The notes under the pieces: generated by a model | What the model saw: only the letters and a program-made list of their open reading frames with translations | Told to the model about the DNA's origin: nothing | Database searches by the model: none | Translations under genes and position numbers: made by a program | DNA from: Macrostomum lignano | Taxonomy: Eukaryota | Direction of reading: 5' to 3' | DNA length: 30,362 nt | Assembly: GCA_002269645.1 (NCBI GenBank) | Contig: NIVC01003523.1 | Coordinates: forward strand, 1 to 30,362 | Part shown: positions 1 through 8,306 of the stretch, piece by piece | Layout: each line of letters opens with the position of its first letter | How positions within the stretch are numbered: position 1 is the first letter of the stretch

Positions 1-862
1 TGAGATTCCTAATTTCCTACCATGAAATTAAAATTCCTACCGTGAGATTATAAGACTCCTACATGCGATTGTAGATTCCTACCATGAGATTGTGAGATTC
101 CTACCATGAGACTATGAGCTCCTACCATGGATTGTGAGATTCCTACCATGAGATTACTTCTAACATGAGATTGTGAGATTCCTACCGTGAGATTATGAGG
201 CTCCTACCATGGGATTGTGAGATTCCTACCATGAGATTATGAAACTTCTAACATGAGATTGTGAGATTCCTATCGTGAGATTAAAATTCCTACCGTGAGA
301 TTATAAGACTCCTACCATGAGATTGTAGATTCCTACTATGAGATTGTGAGATTCCTACCATGAGATTGTAGATTCTACCATGAGATTGTAAGATTCCTAC
401 CATGAGATTGTAGATTCTTACCATGAGATTGTAAGATTCCTACCATGAGATTGTAGATTCTTACCATGAGATTGTGTGGTATTTACTGTGAGATTGTGAG
501 GCTGCTACCATGAGAATATGAGATTCCTACCATGAGATTGTGAGATTCCTATCATGATATTGTGAGATTACTACTATGAGATTGTGAGATTCCTACCATG
601 AGATTGTCAGATTCCTACCATGAGATTGTGAGATTCCTATCATGAGATTGTGAGATTCCTACCATGAGATTGTCAGATTCCTACCATGAGATTGTGAGAT
701 TCCTATCATGAGATTGTGAGACTCCTACCATGAGATTGTGAGATAACTATTATGAGATTGTGAGATTCCTATCATGAGATTGTGAGATTACTACTATGAG
801 ATTGTGTGATTCCTACCATGAGATTGTGAGATTGCTACCATGATATTGTGAGATTCTTGCAA
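1..862. repeat. ~22-bp minisatellite (GAGATTCCTACCATGAGATTGT), degenerate, intronic to the ANKRD13C-like gene
   Basis: Unit recurs throughout 1-860 with substitutions and small indels. It ends ~85 bp before the acceptor at 945. Confidence 0.95.
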
Positions 863-945
863 TTCCTAGCATTAAGATTCCAGTATGAGATTTCCCCTGG
901 AATTATCCCAAGACCGCAGTCCCAAACCCCAATTCGATCCGCCAG

Positions 946-1045
946 ATTCCTCGAGCTGCTCCGCCTGCTGGCGCCGTTCAAGCAGTTCAACCGGTTGCGC
1001 GAATTCTCAGCAACCAGCTGCCGCCCGGGTTCCCGGTGAAGATCG
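946..1045 (+). CDS. ANKRD13C: ANKRD13C-like protein, penultimate coding exon, with an apparent 1-nt deletion at ~1004-1007
   Basis: Acceptor GCCAG|946 and donor 1045|GTGAG. Reads FLELLRLLAPFKQFNRLREF, then SNQLPPGFPVKI in a shifted frame. Matches the ANKRD13C motif APFKHFNKLREF...LPPGFPVK as I recall it. Confidence 0.85.
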
Positions 1046-1200
1046 GTGAGCTTCGCTTTGGTGACAGTGCGGCACCATAGGCGGCCATGCCTACTTGCAG
1101 TAGTATAAGTGCTGTGGGATGCAGTCTTGCAGTTTTTTGCTAGTGATTTGCAATTGGATATGAGCAGTGCAGAGGTAATACCAAATAATGAATATATAAA

Positions 1201-2201
1201 TATGAGCAAGCTATAAGTAGGTGGCATGGCCTTTATGAGCAGGTTAAAATAGGCATAACCATTATGAGCAGGCTATCAGTAGGTATGACCATTATGAGCA
1301 GGCTATCAGTAGGCATGACATTTATGAGCAGGCTATAATTATACATGACCATTATCAGTAGGCTATAAATAGGCATGACCATTATGAGCAGGCTGTCAGA
1401 AGGCATAACCATTATGAGCATTCTATCAGTAGGCATGACCATTATGAGCAGGCTATCAGTAGGCATGACAATTATGAGCAGGCTATAACTATACATGACC
1501 ATTATGAGCAGATAATAAGTAGGCATGACCATTATGAGAAGGCTATCAGTAGGCATGACCATTATGAGCAGGCTATCAGTAGGCATGACCATTATGAGCA
1601 GGCTATCAGTAGGCATGACCATTATGAGAAGGCTATCAGTAGGCATGACCATTATGAGCAGGCTATCAGTAGGCATGACCATTATGAGCAGGCTATCAGT
1701 AGGCATGACCATTATGAGCAGGCTATCAGTAGGCATGACCATTATGAGCAGGCTATCAGTAGGCATGACCATTATGAGCAGGCTATCAGTAGGCATGACC
1801 ATTATGAGCAGGCTATCAGTAGGCATGACCATTATGAGCAGGCTATAATTATACATGACCATTATGAGCAGATTATAAGTAGGCATGACCATTATGAGCA
1901 GATTACAAGTAGACATGACCATTATGAGCAGGCTATCAGTAGGCATGACCATTATGAGCAGGCTATCAGTAGGCATGGCCATTATGAGCAGGCTATCAGT
2001 AGGCATGACCATTATGAGCAGTCTATCAGTAGGCATGACCATTATGAGCAGGCTATCAGTAGGCATGACCATTATGAGCAGGCTATAATTATACATGACC
2101 ATTATGAGCAGATTATAAGTAGGCATGACCATTATGAGCAGATTACAAGTAGACATGACCATTATGAGCAGGCTATCAGTAGGCATGACCATTATGAGCA
2201 G
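1201..2201. repeat. 30-bp minisatellite (ATTATGAGCAGGCTATCAGTAGGCATGACC), ~32 copies, filling intron 1046-2235
   Basis: Exact 30-bp period visible line to line. It generates the spurious LLIMVMPTDS and MTIMSRLSVG ORFs. Confidence 0.98.
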
Positions 2202-2235
2202 AACCAAGCCAGCAGCCTCGCACACCCGCCCACAG

Positions 2236-2369
2236 AGATGCCGGTCTATCCCACCATCACGGCCCAGGTGAGCTTCCGCCACTACGAGCTGCGCACCGAC
2301 CTCGCCGACTCGCTGTTCACCATCCCGGAGGGCTTCAAGCACAGCCGGCGCCGGTTCCCCAACTTGTGA
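2236..2369 (+). CDS. ANKRD13C: ANKRD13C-like protein, terminal coding exon
   Basis: Acceptor CACAG|2236, phase 1, compatible with the donor at 1045. Gives EMPVYPTITAQVSFRHYELRTDLADSLFTIPEGFKHSRRRFPNL*, matching the ANKRD13C C-terminus (IPVFPTITATVTF...IFTIPDDY...RFPDL*) as I recall it. Confidence 0.88.
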
Positions 2370-2513
2370 CGGGACCTGGGGGACGCGGCCCTCCTGCTGC
2401 CGCTGACCGCGCCGCTGGTGGCCGAGGCTGACGACGGCGGCCACCTGCTGTGCGTCGACCTGCCGCTGTCCAATGTCGGCGAGTCCGGGCCCGTCCTCCG
2501 AGTGGAACTCTGA
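2370..2513 (+). other. Candidate stop-codon-readthrough extension of ANKRD13C (47 aa: RDLGDAALLLPLTAPLVAEADDGGHLLCVDLPLSNVGESGPVLRVEL*)
   Basis: In frame with the TGA at 2367-2369. 43 of 47 codons end in G/C. Context is TGA-CGG. Next stop is TGA 2511-2513. Confidence 0.5.
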
Positions 2514-2534
2514 TGTCCTTGATAGAATGCTGCA

Positions 2535-2952
2535 TTGAGTCCTTTGATGTGTGCCACCCCGCTGCTACCTGAATCCTTTGATGTGTGCCGCCCCCGCTGC
2601 TATCTGAATCCTTTGATGTGTGCCGCCCCCGCTGCTATCTGAATCCTTTGATGTGTGCCGCCCCGCTGCTATCTGAATCCTTTGATGTGTGCCACCCCCG
2701 CTGCTATCTGAATCCTTTGATGTGTGCCACCCCCGCTGCTATCTGAATCCTTTGATGTGTGCCGCCCCGCTGCTATCTGAATCCTTTGATGTGTGCCGCC
2801 CCGCTGCTATCTGAATCCTTTGATGTGTGCCACCCCCGCTGCTATCTGAATCCTTTGATGTGTGCCGCCCCGCTGCTATCTGAATCCTTTGATGTGTGCC
2901 GCCCCCGCTGCTATCTGAATCCTTTGATGTGTGCCACCCCCGCTGCTATCTG
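2535..2952. repeat. 34-35-bp minisatellite (CTGAATCCTTTGATGTGTGCCGCCCC(C)GCTGCTAT), ~12 copies
   Basis: Periods of 35, 35 and 34 measured at 2569/2604/2639/2673. Starts ~20 bp after the TGA at 2513. Confidence 0.97.
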
Positions 2953-3687
2953 ATCACAGAATGTCCGGTATTGTTCAATCTACTCTAGAGAGCGGATTAT
3001 TTTTTATTTTTACGAAACCAATTTTAGTTTTAAAGTTTTAAAAGTGCTTATCGTGATGTTTTTACTGCTTATTTTAATCGAAAGCTGAATTGAAATTTTA
3101 GTTGTAGTTTAAAACTAATTGCTTACTCTCGATGATGAGGATTATCATGATGTTGTTAATTGGTGACCCAACCAGAGTGCCGGAGCAGTGCGCCTGCACC
3201 TGTACAATATCCGGGTCCATTGGTTTGCCTCTTGCCTCATTTTCTATTCGAACTGCCACTCAGCTTGCGGTATCCCAGTTGTCTCAGGTAGTGAGATGCA
3301 GCACCCCACATTGTTGGCCAATATTTGAAGGCCGATTTTTGCAAATTTGCACGCAACGAAAATGGAAAACTGACGACAGCAGCCCGGAACTGTCAAATTT
3401 TCTAAACCAGTCGCTCGCGCCCCAGTGGCTTTTTTTGCAACTTCTGAGCGGTCAGCATTGATGATTTTGTACAAATTCAATGGAATAATTCACTGTTCAC
3501 ACTTACAAGCACCAGTGCTTTGAACCAACTGGCATATCTGTGTCCATTGTGATCTGCTTTCTATTCAGCACTGGACTTTGGCTTTTCAAATACACAAGAT
3601 TCTAATAAATTTTGTCTGGCTTTTGATTTTTTATCCAAATAGATAGTCAGAGATGCGACTCCTGTTTTTGTAACAATTTATGAATTC

Positions 3688-4742
3688 CTGGGGGCAGCAC
3701 ACACTGAGGCCTGAAGCACTGGGGGCAGCACACACTGAGGCCTGAAGCACTGGGGGCAGCACACACTGAGGCCTGAAGCACTGGGGGCAGCACACACTGA
3801 GGCCTGAAGCACTGGGGCAGCACACACTGAGGCCTGAAGCACTGGAGGGGCAGCACACACTGAGGCCTGAAGCACTGGGGGGGCAGCACACACTGAGGCC
3901 TGAAGCACTGGGGGCAGCACACACTGAGGCCTGAAGCACTGGGGGCAGCACACACTGAGGCCTGAAGCACTGGGGGCAGCACACACTGAGGCCTGAAAAA
4001 CTGGGGGCAGCACACACTGAGGCCTGAAGCACTGGGGGCAGCACACATTGAGGCCTGAAGCACTGGGGGCAGCACACATTGAGGCCTGAAGCACTGGAGG
4101 GGCAGCACACACTGAGGCCTGAAGCACTGGGGGGCAGCACACACAGGCCTGAAGCACTGGGGCAGCACACACTGAGGCCTGAAGCACTGGGGCAGCACAC
4201 ACTGAGGCCTGAAGCACTGGGGGCAGCACACACTGAGCCTGAAGCACTGGGGGCAGCACACACTGAGGCCTGAAGCACTGGGGGGCAGCACACACTGAGG
4301 CCTGAAGCACTGGGGCAGCACACACTGAGCCTGAAGCACTGGGGCAGCACACACTGAGGCCTGAAGCACTGGGGGCAGAACACACTGAGGCCTGAAGCAC
4401 TGGGGGGCAGAACACACTAAGGCCTGAAGCACTGGGGGCAGAACACACTGAGGCCTGAAGCACTTGGGAGCAGCACACACTGAGGCCTGAAGCACTGGGG
4501 CAGCACACACTGAGGCCTGAAGCACTGGGGGGGGGCAGCACACACTGAGGCCTAAAGCACTGAGGGCAGCACACACTGAGGCCTGAAGCACTGAGGGCAG
4601 CACACACTGAGGCCTGAAGCACTGGGGGGGGGGCAGCACACACTGAGGCCTGAAGCACTGGGGGGCAGCACACACAGGCCTGAAGCACTGGAGCAGCACA
4701 CACTGAGCCTGAAGCACTGGGGGCAGCACACACTGAGGCCTG
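3688..4742. repeat. ~31-bp minisatellite (GCAGCACACACTGAGGCCTGAAGCACTGGGG, variable G-run), ~34 copies
   Basis: Period 31 at 3694/3725/3756. Source of the spurious CCPQCFRPQC ORFs. Confidence 0.98.
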
Positions 4743-4832
4743 GAGGTCTTCTGGCACTAACCACTCTGCATGAATGAGGTCAAAAAACATAAAAATAGCT
4801 CTTAAACCGCTTCAGCCCTTTCCACATCCCGG

Positions 4833-5534
4833 ATGTCCGCACCGGAGCCATTGGCCGGCCGCAGCGCCGCCGACCTCAGGCGAGGCGGAGCCAGCGAGGC
4901 GGAGCGCCGGCTGCTCACCTACGCGGCGGAGTTCATCGAGCTGCTGCTGCACCAGCTGCTGCGCCGGCACCGGGTGTACCCGACTGGCGCCTTCCAGCTG
5001 CGCCAGCGCTACGGCTTGCCCGTGTGGCAGTGCGCGCACCCCCGGGTCGCCGAGTACACCGCCGCCGTGGCCAGCACCTTCGAGTTGTGCGCTGGCGCCG
5101 TCGACCGACTGCGGGTGACGTTCCGGCCCTGCCGCCCAGATCGTCGGGCAGTTCGCTACTGCCTGCTGGTGCGGCTGCGGCCTCAACGGTTCGAGGACAA
5201 CGCGGACGCCTGTCTGCGGCTGGAGGCCCAGCTGGCCCGGCTGCTGCTGTGCGCGCTGGGGCCGCCGCAGTGCAGGGAAGCCGCCGCGGAGCCGGCTGAC
5301 GGAGCCGAGGAATCAGCTGAGTGGAGCGTGGAATTCGTTGCTAAGGAACCGCTGGAGGGACTCGCGAGTCCGCACTTCCCCATCGGCCGGGTCGGCTGCG
5401 AGGACGGCGGCGAGCGAGAGACATTCGGCGACGGCGCCCGCAGTCGATTGGCGCCGATGGGTAGCGCCGTGGCGCCGTTTCTGGGCCTGGATCTCGCTTT
5501 GGAGGAGCTGCCTGAGGATGCTGGGGAGGCGTAG
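4833..5534 (+). CDS. MAD2L2: REV7/MAD2L2-like HORMA-domain protein (233 aa, intronless)
   Basis: ATG to TAG with high GC3. EFIELLLHQLLRRHRVYPTGAFQLRQRYGLPVWQCAHPRVAEY matches the REV7 HORMA N-terminus ([43 protein letters not shown]). The C-terminal FP...RLAPMGSAVAPFLGLDLALEE aligns to the safety-belt region. Confidence 0.85.
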   Translation: MSAPEPLAGRSAADLRRGGASEAERRLLTYAAEFIELLLHQLLRRHRVYPTGAFQLRQRYGLPVWQCAHPRVAEYTAAVASTFELCAGAVDRLRVTFRPCRPDRRAVRYCLLVRLRPQRFEDNADACLRLEAQLARLLLCALGPPQCREAAAEPADGAEESAEWSVEFVAKEPLEGLASPHFPIGRVGCEDGGERETFGDGARSRLAPMGSAVAPFLGLDLALEELPEDAGEA

Positions 5535-5537
5535 GCG

Positions 5538-5690
5538 GATGTGGGAGAGGCATGCACTGATGTGGGGGAGGCATGCACTGATGTGGGGAAGACATGCACT
5601 GATGTGGGGGAGGCATGCACTGATGTGGGGGAGGCATGCACTGATGTGGGGGAGGCATGCACTGATGTGGGGGAGGCATGCACTGATGAC
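5538..5690. repeat. 21-bp minisatellite (GATGTGGGGGAGGCATGCACT), ~7 copies
   Basis: Tandem units begin immediately after the REV7 stop codon. Confidence 0.95.
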
Positions 5691-5974
5691 ACTCAGCTGC
5701 CCAGTGTTTCTACAAAGCTGAAATTTGTGCTCATTTTTACTTCCAGTTTGAACCGTTGCATTTTTGTAAATACAAACTGCGCGCTGTGATCTGCGGTGAA
5801 AATGTTATTAAAAAATAAAAACTTTTCTTTTTGCTGAGCTTTGAATAGTTAATCTTTATTATTTATATAGCCAGGGCATCCTAAATATTTCTTGCTAAAG
5901 TTGCCGAAGTGATTCAGAGTAACGGTTTAATGGGGTCGAGTTTAATGTGGGGGTAAATTCTGGTTTAATTGGGT

Positions 5975-7388
5975 TGTGAAGTCGGGTTTAATGGGGCTGT
6001 GAAGTCGGGTTTAATGGGGCTGTGAAGTCGGGTTTAATGGGGCTGTGAAGTCGGGTTTAATGGGGCTGTGAAGTAGGGTTTAATGGGGCTGTGAAGTAGG
6101 GTTTAATGGGCTGTGAAGTCGGGTTTAATGGGGCTGTGAAGTCGGGTTTAATGGGGCTGTGAAGTCGGGTTTAATGGGGCTGTGAAGTCTGGTTTAATGT
6201 GGCTGTGAAGTCGGGTTTAATGGGGCTGTGAAGTCGGGTTTAATGGGGCTGTGAAGTCGGGTTTAATGGGGCTGTGAAGTCGGGTTTAATGGGGCTGTGA
6301 AGTCGGGTTTAATGGGGCTGTGAAGTCGGGTTTAATGGGGCTGTGAAGTCGGGTTTAATGGGGCTGTGAAGTCTGGTTTAATGTGGCTGTGAAGTCGGGT
6401 TTAATGGGGCTGTGAAGTCGGGTTTAATGGGGCTGTGAAGTCGGGTTTAATGGGGCTGTGAAGTCGGGTTTAATGGGGCTGTGAAGTCTGGTTTAATGGG
6501 GCTGTGAAGTCTGGTTTAATGGGGCTGTGAAGTCTGGTTTAATGGGGCTGTGAAGTCTGGTTTAATGGGGCTGTGAAGTCGGGTTAAATGGGGCTGTGAA
6601 GTCTGGTTTAATGGGGCTGTGAAGTCTGGTTTAATGGGGCTGTGAAGTAGGGTTTAATGGGGCTGTGAAGTCGGGTTTAATGGGGATGTGAAGTCGGGTT
6701 TAATGGGGCTGTGAAGTCGGGTTTAATGGGGCTGTGAAGTCGGATTTTATGGGGCTGTGAAGTCTGGTTTAATGGGGCTGTGAAGTCGGGTTTAATGGGG
6801 CTGTGAAGTCTGGTTTAATGTGGCTGTGAAGTCGGGTTTAATGGGGCTGTGAAGTCGGGTTTAATGGGGCTGTGAAGTCGGGTTTAATGGGGCTGTGAAG
6901 TAGGGTTTAATGGGGCTGTGAAGTCTGGTTTAATGGGGCTGTGAAGTCTGGTTTAATGGGGCTGTGAAGTCTGGTTTAATGGGGCTGTGAAGTCTGGTTT
7001 AATGGGGCTGTGAAGTCGGGTTAAATGGGGCTGTGAAGTCTGGTTTAATGGGGCTGTGAAGTCTGGTTTAATGGGGCTGTGAAGTAGGGTTTAATGGGGC
7101 TGTGAAGTCTGGTTTAATGGGGCTGTAAAGTCGGGTTTAATGGGGCTGTGAAGTCGGGTTTAATGGGGCTGTGAAGTAGGGTTTAATGGGGCTGTGAAGT
7201 CGGGTTTAATGGGGCTGTGAAGTAGGGTTTAATGGGGCTGTGAAGTAGGGTTTAATGGGGCTGTGAAGTAGGGTTTAATGGGGCTGTGAAGTCTGGTTTA
7301 ATGGGGCTGTGAAGTAGGGTTTAATGGGGCTGTGAAGTCTGGTTTAATGGGGCTGTAAAGTCGGGTTTAATGGGGCTGTGAAGTCGGC
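5975..7388. repeat. 23-bp G-rich minisatellite (GGGTTTAATGGGGCTGTGAAGTC), ~61 copies
   Basis: Near-perfect 23-bp period with GTC/GTA/TCT unit variants. Confidence 0.98.
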
Positions 7389-7432
7389 TGCAAGAATTCA
7401 GAAGGGTCCATAATATTTTTCCGCTGAGATTT

Positions 7433-7680
7433 GCCCACAATGCTTTTTTCTGCAGTGTGTTTCGACTCCAATGCTCTTAGTAAAGAGATTTGGGGCCATG
7501 GCGACGTTTCCTACTAGCGCATGCATGCATTAACCGCTCACCGATGTGCTCCTACATGTATAGATGAAAATGAAGTCCTGCTGCATGGAAGAAATTTGAT
7601 ATGCAGTTACATGTACTACCGCAACGTCTTGATTGGGGCAAATCTCTTCAGTAAGATTTAATAGGAAAAGCATTGCGGGC
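7433..7680. mobile_element. Imperfect inverted-repeat (MITE/foldback-like) relic
   Basis: GCCCACAATGCTTTT (7433) vs reverse complement of AAAAGCATTGCGGGC (to 7680): 14/15. An inner pair TCTTAGTAAAGAGATTTG vs TCTTACTGAAGAGATTTG: 16/18. Confidence 0.4.
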
Positions 7681-8306
7681 TGCCTACCTTGGATCGCCTG
7701 ATGTCTTGTGCTTCTGACGTCACAACGTGCTGAATTTCTCTTTCAGAGTAAACTTGTGTAAAAGAAATCTAGCACTTTGTGATGCCAGAAGCGTGACTGC
7801 TCACAGCTAAAACAGAGCTGGGAACCATCGACAGTAAAGTAAATTGAGAAGGTGCTCAGACTTGAAACTGCTTCTAGAGCATGCTTTGTCAGGATTGACA
7901 AACTGCTGTCAACCAAACTGGCTGTGTCAACTTTGTAAACTAAATTTATGCAAAACTGTCCCTTTAAACGAGATAAATCTTCCTTTATTGAGTCTTGACT
8001 CTAACGAGTGATGCTGGGCATTAAGTTTATATTTCAGACTAAATCGTATGATAACAGGCATTATCAAAGAAAATGTTAAACAGACACTGCTCAAAGAGCT
8101 TTGTTGGGTTTGCTCACGACTGCTTTAATGACAAATCCTCTGGGTTTATTTTTTGACAACTCTCTTTCCTTGCTCAGATTGCTAGTCAAACACGAGTGTT
8201 CTCAGTATTGTCACCTCGTAGCATCGTGTTCTCACTGGCACTTCTTTGCTCAGCTTGTAAGCCAAGCACTCCCGGTTTGCCTCAAATCATCGGGTTCTCA
8301 ATCTGC

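Noticed and set aside
1233-2444. 403-aa minus-strand ORF and + strand MTIMSRLSVG ORFs
   Set aside because: Translation of a stop-free 30-bp minisatellite, fused to the antisense of the ANKRD13C exon.
2370-2600. Selenocysteine recoding of the ANKRD13C TGA
   Set aside because: No recognisable SECIS (AUGA/GA quartet with AA loop) was seen, and ANKRD13 is not a known selenoprotein.
3631-4790. 250-370-aa Cys/Pro-rich ORFs resembling keratin-associated or metallothionein proteins
   Set aside because: Open in several frames over a 31-bp array whose G-run indels scramble the frame. A repeat artefact.
4774-5789. Overlapping alternative-frame and antisense ORFs around REV7
   Set aside because: By-products of a GC-rich CDS and the adjacent 21-bp repeat.
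5975-7388. Telomeric repeat
   Set aside because: The unit is 23 bp and only loosely resembles TTAGGG, with no canonical hexamer runs.
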